Origin: Flavobacterium sp.
GTDB taxonomy: Bacteria; Bacteroidota; Bacteroidia; Flavobacteriales; Flavobacteriaceae
Assembly: GCF_035343975.1 (NCBI RefSeq)
Contig: NZ_DAORAB010000002.1
Length of the DNA stretch: 58,772 nucleotides
Reading direction: 5' to 3' (one strand)
The first letter of the stretch is position 1. Each line of letters begins with the position of its first letter. The position numbers and the translations under genes were made by a program. Below the pieces are notes generated by a model that saw nothing but the letters and a program-made list of their open reading frames with translations, ran no database searches and had not been told where the DNA came from. Positions 28,601-36,387 of the stretch are shown here, in pieces.

Positions 28601-29329
28601 AAAATTCCCTGACACACTAGTATTGATTCCTTGAGTGATTGTTCCTGTTGTTGTTAAATTAGGGAATGCTGTAGTTGAAGAACCTCCTATTGTACATGTT
28701 CCGGCCAGGGTTACCGTTCCTATACCCCCAACTGTTCCACCATTATTGGTCCAGTTTCCATTTACAGTAATATTAGAATTGATTGTTTTAGTTCCGGCTG
28801 CCGAAAATAAGAAATCAGTAAATGTAAATGTCCCGGCTCCACTAATGGTTTGAGAACCACCATTGAAAATGACATTCATATCACCACCATTATCACTAAA
28901 GGTTCCGGCATTGCTTAGGTTTCCTCCTATGTTAAAAGTGTTTCCTCCATTTCCTGTTGAAGTTAATGTTACGCCTGAATTTACCGTTACTGTTCCGCTA
29001 ACCGTAAAAGTCCTATTTTGATTTCCGCTTCCTATTGTAAATGTACTGTTTGAAGCCCCTCCAATGGTTAATGATGCTACGGTTGCATCAACATTCAAAA
29101 CAACGGTAACACCATTACCAATGATTACATTATCCGAAGATATAGGTAATGTGTTGTTATTCCAATTGTTAGCATCGCCCCAATTGCTGGTTCCTGCTCC
29201 TCCGTCCCAAGTTTTTTGAGCAAAGGAATTTTGAACTCCAAATAAGACTAACAAAAATAAAAGCGATTGAATGAAAGTAATATGAGACCTTTCATTCGAT
29301 CTTGTCGAATTGATTGTAATTTTTTTCAT
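22631..29329 (-). CDS. Large T9SS-secreted repetitive surface protein or adhesin (~2230 aa)
   Basis: Signal peptide, G/S/T-rich beta-helix-like N-terminus, 8 Ig-like repeats, MopE-type DCLDNNPAINPGATDICYNNIDENCNG, T9SS type A CTD (AYPNPF...GVYNVVV...FRVVKR); start moved to ATG 29329. Confidence 0.9.
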   Translation of the reverse strand: MKKITINSTRSNERSHITFIQSLLFLLVLFGVQNSFAQKTWDGGAGTSNWGDANNWNNNTLPISSDNVIIGNGVTVVLNVDATVASLTIGGASNSTFTIGSGNQNRTFTVSGTVTVNSGVTLTSTGNGGNTFNIGGNLSNAGTFSDNGGDMNVIFNGGSQTISGAGTFTFTDFLFSAAGTKTINSNITVNGNWTNNGGTVGGIGTVTLAGTCTIGGSSTTAFPNLTTTGTITQGINTSVSGNFNKTAGTYTIGASTSSYTLGITGNFSNSGGNFRVSSGANNSTLNVGGTYGLSSGTFILENSSSATGATVNVTGATTISGSGVIIMDNAGSSNTCSFNAGDVTFNGTGGSSNDANRTNCSLDFGLGTTVNHSQFRISGNFVHSSTNVFYTSSSTQVGGIIFNKVGTQTLSYSGTNSQYTSMTVNTGSTLQLLTNLTFGSSSGLPASTVLVNGTLDAQTFILGGASTGSEVFNLSAGATLITANTNGVFSTTVGTISNTMSRNFDAGANYVFNGGANQTANFGNTTINNLTISNTSGTVTLNAAIVASNVTISSGSSLTAGTFTHLISGNWTNNGGTFVPGTGTISLNGTAQTIGGSSSSINFNNLLLSGGTKSFNKQVTVGGNLSIASGAFANLGTLTTHTANTLTLGGFGTAAAKFGSTSTSATPTVYKSDTYFTSGTTGYITVNTGSCTAAITVATIASNNANTSYAKNGDVITVSFTTSETPGVTPTATINGSAATVSGSGTSYTASKTVSGDANGLATFSLSFQNAFGCSATRTTVSNSSSVTVDTVAPTIPTGTIASNNANTSLAKAGNVITVSFTTSETPASTPTVTISGGTATVSGSGTSYTATRTVLAGDTNGIAPFSITIVDVAGNSVSRTSTTNSSSVTVDTSAPTIPTATIASNNATTTLAKAGDVITVSFTTSETPASTPTATISGGSATVSGSGTSYTATRTVLAGDTNGAASFSISIADAAGNTTSRTTTTDSSSVTIDTVAPTIPTGTIASNNATTTLAKAGDTITLTFTTSQTPASTPTVTINGLSATVSGSGTSYTATRVVLAGDVNGVAPFLISIADAAGNTTTRSTTTNSSSVTVDTSAPIFTAISIASNNANTSLARTGNIITLSFTTSQTPSATPTVTINGASATVSGSGTSYSATRTVAGGDTNGVVPFSISIRDAAGNTSTQTTTTNSSSVTIDTIAPTIPTASIASNNVNSASLAKAGDVITVSFTTSETPAATPTVTISGGTASVSGSGTSYTATRTVLAGDTNGTAPFSISIADAAGNTASRTATTDSSSVTVDTIAPTIPTASIASDNANSASLAKAGDIITVSFTTSETPVSTPIVTISGGSASVSGSGTSYIATRTVLAGDSNGVAPFSISIVDAAGNSVSRTATTNSSSVTVDTLTPTFTSISIASSNANVSVAGTGDVITLSFTTSETIPVTPAVIIDGSPASVSGSGTSWSATKTVTNCSGNVVTFSINLSDTAGNNASSTTTTDASQVTINPTPSATIVANGGTICSGSNAVFTVNGSNGATLNYTITGQVGTQQLALTGVNQILTAVNATSDVTLTLTSVVNANCSSSTFATVSSTVIVKTLPIVSASDVSGCSGSSIALSGSGTPTGGSGSFSVANPYIGSSSTTYTYTYTAPNGCTVTSAPANITITPQPLWYLDADNDNYYTGSPVPSCTSPGAGYTTATLLGGGDCLDNNPAINPGATDICYNNIDENCNGIKSDGCAPVVVNMTASYHNTTLPSFSTAIPAVAYTYPGTTNIKYRYSITNVTTGITAADIIQTSRYITIPASLHLYNATYTIKVSAVINDEIVAFAGNTITLFSPTVDRVTLSPSSCGSTLGALTSTISANSGLHATSYSFRIRLNDSNPNPTYGYSSSSSRFVGANTFTGFPLSYSTSYKIAVQYTSIDPVTNAPVESGYGAECTINTPSIPLIGLASPTQGTQVAAMNAGITATSAPYAVSYQFRILLTNDNGYSPTYYYSAPNASRFSSLTAFQGITWSYNTHYSISVQYSIVNNSVTTWSGYGPETMIKTPFFPTTSLVQSQCGSDTPTSLTQQLNIIPYQGFPNYKVKLDEIDGEDVTNSQEIVVSYAYFRLNQFSIAQPGKNYNVSIAIKQNGVFGDYSTACDLFTASSKGANDLEFKATAYPNPFANNFMIDVRTGSSVSINLKVYDMVGRLIEQRDVKVSDMETATIGDQYPSGVYNVVVSQDKTAQTFRVVKR
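24810..27240 (-). repeat. Eight tandem ~306-nt (~102-aa) Ig-like coding repeats
   Basis: Unit IASNN...AKAGDVITVSFTTSETP...VSGSGTSY...DAAGN...SSVTVDTxAP counted 8 times; boundaries approximate. Confidence 0.9.
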
Positions 29330-29430
29330 AGTAAGTGTAGGTGTTAATTGAATTCTAAAATTATCGAGCGAGATTTTAAAAAAACAAAAAAATCGTTGTG
29401 CGAATGATAAATCGGACAAACTTCAAAATT

Positions 29431-29472
29431 TTGTAGTTTTTTGGCTCTTTTTTGATGGCTAAAAAACTACAA
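29431..29472. repeat. 15-bp inverted repeat with a 12-nt spacer
   Basis: TTGTAGTTTTTTGGC / GCTAAAAAACTACAA, one mismatch. Confidence 0.7.
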
Positions 29473-29673
29473 TTAATTCGCTAAGTATTGATTTTAAAGG
29501 GTTTATTAAATTTAAAACCTCGATAAAGTGTAAGGATATTTCGTTGAACAGCAGAAAAAAAAGAAGCTTTTTTCTTTCTTTAAGCTTCATTTACAACTAT
29601 TTTTTTAGCTTAAAATGGAATAATTAAAACTCAATTTTCGTTAATTTCGTTTATACCGGAAATTCAAATTTTA

Positions 29674-30216
29674 ATGGAAAGAAAAATTTACAATCCTATT
29701 CAGAAAGATTATGTCACTTTCATAAAAACAAGTGATGAAACAAATGGAGAATATACTTTGGTTGAGGTTGAATTGGCTGATGGTGGTGGTGTCGGTTCGC
29801 ACTATCACAAAACATATTCTGAATCTTTTAATTGTGTTGAAGGAGAAGTTCAGATTAAATTAGGAAAGACCATCCACACACTTAAAGAAAATCAATCTGC
29901 AACTGCCGACAGAAATGTGATTCATTTTTTCCGTAACAGAAGTGGTAAGCCTTGTAAATTCAGAGTTGAACTACGTCCTGCCAGCCGCGGATTTGAACAA
30001 TCGTTGCAAATTGGTTACGGATTAGCTCAAGACGGTTTATGCAGATCAAACGGTTTTCCAAAAGACAAACTGGCCTTGGCCTGGTTATTTAATATTAGTG
30101 AAAGTAATCTTCCGGGATGGATGAGTATTTTTGAATTTATCCTTCGGAAACAATCAAAAAAGGCTGTGGCAAAAGGTATAGATAAAACTTTGACTGAAAA
30201 GTACGTTAAGTTTTAA
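29674..30216 (+). CDS. Cupin-domain protein
   Basis: HYHKTYSESF cupin motif 1 and VIHFF motif 2. Confidence 0.8.
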   Translation: MERKIYNPIQKDYVTFIKTSDETNGEYTLVEVELADGGGVGSHYHKTYSESFNCVEGEVQIKLGKTIHTLKENQSATADRNVIHFFRNRSGKPCKFRVELRPASRGFEQSLQIGYGLAQDGLCRSNGFPKDKLALAWLFNISESNLPGWMSIFEFILRKQSKKAVAKGIDKTLTEKYVKF

Positions 30217-32244
30217 TTACAATAAACCGTTATATTTTCTGATAAACCATTCAGCAGTTAGAGAAACTGCTATTAAAACCAACAACCAAATCCAGTCAAT
30301 CAAAGGAGATTTTTTTACTAAGGTCTTTTGAATAGCTTTATAACTGTCATCAGTCAGTAGCTGTTTTATAAGTTCATCAGCCTGATTTGGCAGGAAGGCT
30401 TTGCCTTTCGTCTGATTTGCTAATTGGTTCAGTTTGTTCCAATCCGGATTTACAAATTGCTTTTCAATGTCAAAATCCAATACCTCAAAACTACTGCTAT
30501 AGGTTGAATTTGAATTCAATTCCTTTACAGTAAATGCATAATTTCCCGCAGACAATCCATCAAGGTTAACCTTGAAAGCATTTGAAGTACGAAGCAAATC
30601 ATAATGTTTAACCTGTTTCGTTTTAGTATTAGTAACCGAAATGGTCAATCTTGCCTTTTCATCAAGCTCATAATTTTTATTGAAATATTGAGCCGTAATT
30701 TCAATGCCTTCACCCGAATTATAAAAACGCTCGTGATTTACAACCAAAGACTTTCGGGCATTATTTGAAGCCAGATATTGTATGGTTTTATCGAGAAAAA
30801 TATCAAAATCTGCAAAAGTCTTTTTATTCACATAACTGTTGGCTCTCCATTTCCATATATTTTCTCCAAACAAAAAGGCAGTCCGTCTACCCTGATTTTC
30901 CGTGAAAGCTAATAAGGGTTGATTGGTAGCAATATTTCGAATTGTAGAAGATAATAAAACATTATTATTTCCTGAAGCCGTAATGGCACCAAATGGATTT
31001 TCCAATGGTGGGAACTGTTCGAATCCAATATTATCTAACGCAAAAAGATTGAACTGATTGTTAAACGCAGCCAAATAATCTTCTTTCTGACCGCTCATTT
31101 TGAATGTATAGTTATTTTGATTCTGATTTAAAAAACCAAAATCGGTATCGTTTCCTGTTATAATCCAGGTGTTGATTTTTGCATTTTCGTTTTGGTCGAA
31201 AATAGTTTTAAATTCTCCGTTTGGCTGATATAATATCAGTACATTATAATTGTTTAATGAATTAACCTGACTTGGTTTGAGTATGGTTACTTTTCTTTGA
31301 GCATTCGATTCGATGCTTCGTTTTATAGCGCCTAAATCAGGATGCGGTAATGAAGAAATCAAAGCGACTTCTGTCTTTTGATCAATAACATCGACAGCAA
31401 AATTTTTGATATTGTTGTATGTATTCTTTTCCTGTTCTTTTGAAGAAATGGTAGCTCTTAAAATCTGTAATCCCGCTTTATCTGCTGGCAATAAAACATT
31501 TAATGTTGCTGATTTCTTGGAAGGTGAAAAAGCTACGGTTTGCTCATTCAGAACACTATTGCCTTGTGAGATTTTAAAAGTGGCGTTGATGCTTTTGTTT
31601 CCGGCATAATTCAGGAAAACTTCAACCGGAAACTTGTTTTTGTGAAAGGCATATTTATTGACATTCAACTGTGAAATCCTTAAATCCAGATAAGTCATCG
31701 TATCACCAACAACTAAAGGATATACTTTATTATCCGGATTAAATCCGAAAACATAATCTTCACCCGATGTCTGATTTCCGTCAGAAATCAAAACTGTTGG
31801 ATAATGCTGGTTTTTGTAGATGCTCTTTAAATTTTTGGCAACAATATCAATGTTAGTCTGTTTTCCTTTGAAATCGATGGTATCTGATGGTAAAAAATCA
31901 GCATCAAACTGATACGTTTGCACATCAAACTTATCGGCTAAATCTTTATTCTCAGAAAGCTTCTGAAAAACTTCCATCGCCGATTTATCAGCTTTTAAAT
32001 CTTTTACAGAAGCTGAATTGTCAATAACTATGGGCAATGGCGTTTTTACAGTTTCAACTGTTTTTCTTGTGATAATTGGATTTATCAATAAAAGCAACAA
32101 TCCGAAAATGGAGATGAAACGCAAAAAAGCCAAAAGCAAATTCACATTCGATTTGCTTTTGACTTTATACAGATATTGGTAAAATGATAAACCAGCAGCA
32201 ATTAGTATTGATACAAGTAATAACAGGATTGTTGTGGTGTTCAT
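30217..32244 (-). CDS. Membrane-anchored vWA-like domain protein
   Basis: Two N-terminal TM helices, IDNSAS MIDAS-like motif, ISDG, C-terminal TM ending EWFIRK. Confidence 0.75.
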   Translation of the reverse strand: MNTTTILLLLVSILIAAGLSFYQYLYKVKSKSNVNLLLAFLRFISIFGLLLLLINPIITRKTVETVKTPLPIVIDNSASVKDLKADKSAMEVFQKLSENKDLADKFDVQTYQFDADFLPSDTIDFKGKQTNIDIVAKNLKSIYKNQHYPTVLISDGNQTSGEDYVFGFNPDNKVYPLVVGDTMTYLDLRISQLNVNKYAFHKNKFPVEVFLNYAGNKSINATFKISQGNSVLNEQTVAFSPSKKSATLNVLLPADKAGLQILRATISSKEQEKNTYNNIKNFAVDVIDQKTEVALISSLPHPDLGAIKRSIESNAQRKVTILKPSQVNSLNNYNVLILYQPNGEFKTIFDQNENAKINTWIITGNDTDFGFLNQNQNNYTFKMSGQKEDYLAAFNNQFNLFALDNIGFEQFPPLENPFGAITASGNNNVLLSSTIRNIATNQPLLAFTENQGRRTAFLFGENIWKWRANSYVNKKTFADFDIFLDKTIQYLASNNARKSLVVNHERFYNSGEGIEITAQYFNKNYELDEKARLTISVTNTKTKQVKHYDLLRTSNAFKVNLDGLSAGNYAFTVKELNSNSTYSSSFEVLDFDIEKQFVNPDWNKLNQLANQTKGKAFLPNQADELIKQLLTDDSYKAIQKTLVKKSPLIDWIWLLVLIAVSLTAEWFIRKYNGLL

Positions 32245-32251
32245 TATTTCT

Positions 32252-32408
32252 ATTTTGAATTTTGAATTTTAAATTTTGAATTGGATTTTATTAATGATGG
32301 GATGACTTAGCCCCGATTGTAGCGGCATCCTTTTGCGAAGCAAAAGATATAGCGGAAAGCGGGATCAGCTCCCAAATAATTCAAAATTTATAATTTAAAA
32401 TTTATAAT
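32252..32408. repeat. Inverted heptamer tandem arrays flanking a structured element
   Basis: ATTTTGA-like x4 at 32252-32279 against TCAAAAT/TTATAAT-like x4 at 32381-32408. Confidence 0.75.
32307..32364 (+). ncRNA. Flavobacterial structured repeat or RNA motif, probably Flavo-1-like
   Basis: TTAGCCCCGATTGTAGCGGCATCCTTTTGCGAAGCAAAAGATATAGCGGAAAGCGGGA: CCCG/CGGG outer stem and CTTTTGC-GAA-GCAAAAG inner hairpin; family name from recollection, not from a search. Confidence 0.5.
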
Positions 32409-32412
32409 AATC

Positions 32413-33159
32413 TTAAGTAAGCATTCCGCCATCAACATTCAAGACTTGTCCCGAAACATAAGCACTCATATCTGAAGCAAAGTAAAGACAAGCATTGGCA
32501 ACATCTTCAGGAGTTCCACCGCGTTTTAAAGGAATAGAATCTCTCCAGCCCTGCACCACATCTTCGTTTAATTTGGCAGTCATTTCAGTTTCAATAAAGC
32601 CTGGTGCAATAGCGTTGCAACGGATATTTCTCGAACCTAATTCCAACGCAACCGATTTGGTAAAACCAATCATTCCTGCCTTTGAAGCAGCATAATTCGC
32701 TTGTCCGGCATTCCCTTTTACCCCTACTACACTACTCATATTTACGATGGAACCTTTGCGGTTTTTCAGCATAATTTTCTGAACCGCTTTGGTCATATTG
32801 AAAACCGATTTCAGGTTGATTTCAATTACTTTATCAAAATCCTCTTCTGACATACGCATTAAAAGGTTGTCTTTTGTGATTCCGGCATTGTTAATCAATA
32901 CATCAACATTTCCGAATTCAGCAATAACATCATCAACAAGTTTTTGTGCTTCATTGAAATCGGCAGCGTTTGATTTATATCCTTTGGCTTTGATTCCCAT
33001 AGCCGATAATTCGTTTTCCAAAGCCAAAGCTGATTCGGCAGATGAACTATAAGTGAACGCTACATTTGCACCGTGTTGTGCAAATACTTTTGCGATTCCA
33101 CTTCCAATTCCTCTACTTGCCCCAGTGATGATGGCAACTTTTCCTTCTAATAATTTCAT
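32413..33159 (-). CDS. fabG: 3-oxoacyl-ACP reductase
   Basis: TGASRGIG, NNAGITKD, YAASK, NAIAPGFIET. Confidence 0.95.
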   Translation of the reverse strand: MKLLEGKVAIITGASRGIGSGIAKVFAQHGANVAFTYSSSAESALALENELSAMGIKAKGYKSNAADFNEAQKLVDDVIAEFGNVDVLINNAGITKDNLLMRMSEEDFDKVIEINLKSVFNMTKAVQKIMLKNRKGSIVNMSSVVGVKGNAGQANYAASKAGMIGFTKSVALELGSRNIRCNAIAPGFIETEMTAKLNEDVVQGWRDSIPLKRGGTPEDVANACLYFASDMSAYVSGQVLNVDGGMLT

Positions 33160-33186
33160 GTTTTAAAAGAGTTTGATTTGATAGCC

Positions 33187-33194
33187 CAAATATA
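33187..33194 (-). promoter_or_regulatory. sigma-A -7 element TATATTTG for fabG
   Basis: TAnnTTTG about 28 nt upstream of the ATG. Confidence 0.6.
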
Positions 33195-33252
33195 GAATAA
33201 TTTATACTTAGTAAAAAATCATTTAGTATCATTGTAACTCGAAAACAAGCAA

Positions 33253-33801
33253 ATGATTCAAAACCAAAGCCATTTTGAAAAACTCTACCACGAATATAAA
33301 ACACTCGTGTACAATGTGGCATTGAATTATCTGCAAAATATTGAAGATGCTGAAGAAATTACTCAGGATGTATTTGTAAAAGTGTATCATTCACATCAGA
33401 ACTTCAATCAGAAATCATCTTATAAAACCTGGATTTACCGCATTACAATTAACCATTGCCTCGATTATATCAAACAAAAAAACAGTCAGAAACGATTTTT
33501 CATTTTTGGAAAAAAGTCTCAAAATGAACAAGAATATTTGAACACATCAACTTTTGAACATCCCGGAATACAATTGGAAAAAAAGGAAGAAGCCGAAATA
33601 TTGTTTTCTGTAATCAATACATTAACCGAAAATCAGAAAACAGCTTTCCTGCTTTCAAAGCTTGATGGATTGAGCAATCCCGAAATAGCAGAAATTATGC
33701 AGTTGAGTATTTCTTCTGTTGAATCACTTGTTTTTAGGGCAAAGGCAACGCTTCAGGAACGATTGGCAGAAAAATTTACACACTACCGCAAGAAAAAATA
33801 A
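33253..33801 (+). CDS. ECF RNA polymerase sigma factor
   Basis: DAEEITQDVF, KTWIYRIT, region 4 EIAEIM...SVESLVFRA. Confidence 0.95.
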   Translation: MIQNQSHFEKLYHEYKTLVYNVALNYLQNIEDAEEITQDVFVKVYHSHQNFNQKSSYKTWIYRITINHCLDYIKQKNSQKRFFIFGKKSQNEQEYLNTSTFEHPGIQLEKKEEAEILFSVINTLTENQKTAFLLSKLDGLSNPEIAEIMQLSISSVESLVFRAKATLQERLAEKFTHYRKKK

Positions 33802-33814
33802 AAACCTTCGTCTA
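33785..33814 (+). promoter_or_regulatory. Putative ECF promoter, copy 1
   Basis: ACCGCAAG-N14-TTCGTCTA; identical boxes and spacing recur at 36329-36358. Confidence 0.75.
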
Positions 33815-33859
33815 TAACAATAACTCAGAGTTGAAAAGATTCTGAAACAAGTTCAGAAT

Positions 33860-34132
33860 ATGGAAAAAGAAAATTGGATAGAAAGCATTTTAAACAGCAC
33901 CAACGGAGTCAAGCCTGTTGAGCCAAATGATGATTTGTTTTCGAAAATCAAGAACAGAATTAAGCAGCAGGATACCGTTTCTGCAAAAACAGTCTGGCTG
34001 GTTGCAGCATCGATAGCTGTTTTAGTACTGCTGAATTTCTCCATAATCAATTCCAAATCAAAACAAAGAAAAGATGCTGCGACAGCTTATTTAGAAATGA
34101 CTATCAATCAAAGTAATCAGTTATACAAATAA
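33860..34132 (+). CDS. Small single-TM protein, probable anti-sigma factor
   Basis: 90 aa, directly after the ECF gene, TM WLVAASIAVLVLLNF. Confidence 0.7.
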   Translation: MEKENWIESILNSTNGVKPVEPNDDLFSKIKNRIKQQDTVSAKTVWLVAASIAVLVLLNFSIINSKSKQRKDAATAYLEMTINQSNQLYK

Positions 34133-34134
34133 CA

Positions 34135-34608
34135 ATGGAAAAAACTAAACTATTAACGATTGCCGTTATCGGATTATTAGTAATCAATTTTGGAACACTG
34201 GGCTTTTTGCTTTTGGGACCAAAAGGTCATCGACCACCGCATGAAGGCGGTCCGCAACCCAAAGAAATAATTACCCGAAAATTGCATTTTGATGCTAACC
34301 AACAAAAAGAGTATGCCAAATTAATTCAGTGGCATCATGGTCAAATTGAAAAATTGGACGGAAACATCCGTGAAGCTAAAAACAAATTGTATTCTCAATT
34401 GGGCAATACAGAAACCAATATCAAAGCTAAAGACAGTTTGATTGCCGTTATCAATTCAAATCAAAAGCAAATAGAGGAAACGCATTTTAAGCATTTTGAA
34501 GATATCAAAAAAATATGCCACAAAGATCAAATGGATGATTTCAATGCATTGACCGAAGAATTATCAAGAATATTTGCTCCGAAACCACACGGTCCCGGAC
34601 ATGATTAA
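34135..34608 (+). CDS. Spy/CpxP/ZraP-like periplasmic protein
   Basis: N-terminal TM or signal, LTXXQ-like LHFDANQQ, helical, His-rich ends. Confidence 0.65.
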   Translation: MEKTKLLTIAVIGLLVINFGTLGFLLLGPKGHRPPHEGGPQPKEIITRKLHFDANQQKEYAKLIQWHHGQIEKLDGNIREAKNKLYSQLGNTETNIKAKDSLIAVINSNQKQIEETHFKHFEDIKKICHKDQMDDFNALTEELSRIFAPKPHGPGHD

Positions 34609-35299
34609 AAAAGGATTGCATATTGTTATCCTTTTTTTGTTTTGCTTTATGGGATTTTCCCAAAGCAAAAGCGATTCGCTTGCGGTAAATTTTCATTTGG
34701 AATTTGATAAGCTTCCATTACAACTCAACAAAAAATATGCATCAGCAAGTTACGATACTTTAACGATTGAAACTTTCAGATGCTATATTTCGAATATTGA
34801 AATCCATTATCAGGACAATTCGACATTCGTTCAAAAAAACAGCTATCATTTACTCGATTCCGATAAACCAAATTCATTTCTGATTCCAATTGTCAAAAAG
34901 AATGACAAACAGATTTCCAAAATTACCTTCAATGTCGGAATTGATAGCATAACGAATACTTCGGGAGCAATGGCAGGCGATTTAGATCCGGTAAAAGGAA
35001 TGTACTGGGCATGGCAGAGCGGTTATATCAATACAAAAATTGAAGGCAAAAGCCTAAGTTGTATAACACATAAAAATGAATTCCAATTTCATGTAGGTGG
35101 TTATCTCCAGCCTTATTATTCTTTGCGAAAGATGGAATTTCCGCTTGATAAAAAAGCGGATGATGATATCAACATCGGAATTGATTTAAACCGTTTTTTC
35201 TCCAATATAAAATTGAAAGAAACCAACAGCGTTATGATTCCGGGCAAACAAGCTATGAAACTGATGAATTATATTGATAAAATGTTTTATATGCAATGA
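34601..35299 (+). CDS. MbnP-family protein
   Basis: Signal peptide, GDLDP...GMYWAWQSGY WxW motif, FHVGG; stop overlaps the start of a di-heme enzyme gene; start moved to ATG 34601. Confidence 0.75.
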   Translation: MIKKGLHIVILFLFCFMGFSQSKSDSLAVNFHLEFDKLPLQLNKKYASASYDTLTIETFRCYISNIEIHYQDNSTFVQKNSYHLLDSDKPNSFLIPIVKKNDKQISKITFNVGIDSITNTSGAMAGDLDPVKGMYWAWQSGYINTKIEGKSLSCITHKNEFQFHVGGYLQPYYSLRKMEFPLDKKADDDINIGIDLNRFFSNIKLKETNSVMIPGKQAMKLMNYIDKMFYMQ

Positions 35300-36315
35300 A
35301 ACGTTATTGGAAATATACGTTAGCTGCTTTTGTTGTTTTAATTGGATTGGGTTTTTCCAATCAATTCACAACTCCAATCTATCTTGAAGTTCCGAATGGC
35401 TGGCCAAAACCGGTTTATGATTTTTCAAAAAATCCATTAACTGAAGAAGGATTTCAACTGGGCAGAAACTTATTCTACGACCCGATTTTATCACGAGATA
35501 AAACAATTTCCTGCGCAAGCTGTCATTTGCAAAATACCGGATTTACTCATATTGACCACGCTGTAAGTCATGGAATTGAAGGAAGACTTGGCACACGAAA
35601 TTCTCTTGCGTTGATTAATTTGGCATGGAGCAAAAACTTTATGTGGGATGGTGGTGTCAATAATCTTGAAGTCCAGCCTATAAATCCAATTACCAATCCG
35701 CTTGAAATGGATGAAAAGCTCGAAAATGTCGTTGCCAAATTAGGGCAAAGCCCAAAATACAGAACACTATTTACAAAAGCTTTTGGCGATGAAAAAGTCA
35801 CCAGTCAGCGAATATTAAAAGCATTAGCGCAGTTTACAGTCATGCTGACGTCGTCCAACTCGAAATACGATAAAGTGATGCGTCATGAAACATCCTTTAC
35901 CGAGAACGAAAAAAAAGGTTATGAATTATTCAAGCAAAATTGCGCCGTTTGCCACAAAGAACCACTTTTTTGCGATGACAAATTTGAGAACAATGGTTTG
36001 AAACCTGATGATTATTTCAAGGATGGCGGCCGCATCAGAATTACAAAAGACAGAAAAGATTCACTCCGATTTAAGGTTCCGACATTAAGAAACATTGAGC
36101 TTACCGGTCCTTATATGCATGACGGTAGTATAAAAAATCTTCAAATGGTATTGTTTCATTATACGAATGATATTTATCAAAGTCCGACTTTATCCAAGCA
36201 ACTGAATAAAAAGATTATTTTGAATGAAGAAAATAAGAATGATTTGCTTTCCTTTTTAAATACACTGACCGATGAAAGTTTTATCAATAGCCCACGTTTT
36301 CAATTTCCAAGATAA
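35296..36315 (+). CDS. Di-heme bCcP/MauG-family enzyme (MbnH-like)
   Basis: CASCH and CAVCH, LFYDPILS, FMWDG, FKVPTLRNI, PYMHDG. Confidence 0.9.
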   Translation: MKRYWKYTLAAFVVLIGLGFSNQFTTPIYLEVPNGWPKPVYDFSKNPLTEEGFQLGRNLFYDPILSRDKTISCASCHLQNTGFTHIDHAVSHGIEGRLGTRNSLALINLAWSKNFMWDGGVNNLEVQPINPITNPLEMDEKLENVVAKLGQSPKYRTLFTKAFGDEKVTSQRILKALAQFTVMLTSSNSKYDKVMRHETSFTENEKKGYELFKQNCAVCHKEPLFCDDKFENNGLKPDDYFKDGGRIRITKDRKDSLRFKVPTLRNIELTGPYMHDGSIKNLQMVLFHYTNDIYQSPTLSKQLNKKIILNEENKNDLLSFLNTLTDESFINSPRFQFPR

Positions 36316-36328
36316 TTTTTTACAAGTG

Positions 36329-36358
36329 ACCGCAAGAAATAATTACAATGTTCGTCTA
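36329..36358 (+). promoter_or_regulatory. Putative ECF promoter, copy 2
   Basis: ACCGCAAG-N14-TTCGTCTA, 29 nt upstream of the YHYH gene. Confidence 0.75.
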
Positions 36359-36387
36359 AGTCTTTATACCAACCAAAACTAATAATT

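Noticed and set aside
29520-29548. TCGATAAA/TCGTTGAA pair 21 nt apart, with TCGTTGAA again at 51088, as LytTR-like sites
   Set aside because: An 8-mer is expected by chance in a window this size and the spacing is not repeated at the second site
30214-30219. Cupin and vWA-like genes converge with abutting stop codons
   Set aside because: Tight convergent packing is common in this window (also at 12820/12823 and 50641/50644) and nothing else marks the site
34574-34600. Upstream non-ATG starts from the ORF track (also 4483, 15892, 17084, 29419, 40741, 52566, 57235)
   Set aside because: They overlap neighbouring genes or promoter boxes, or precede the signal peptide; downstream ATGs fit better
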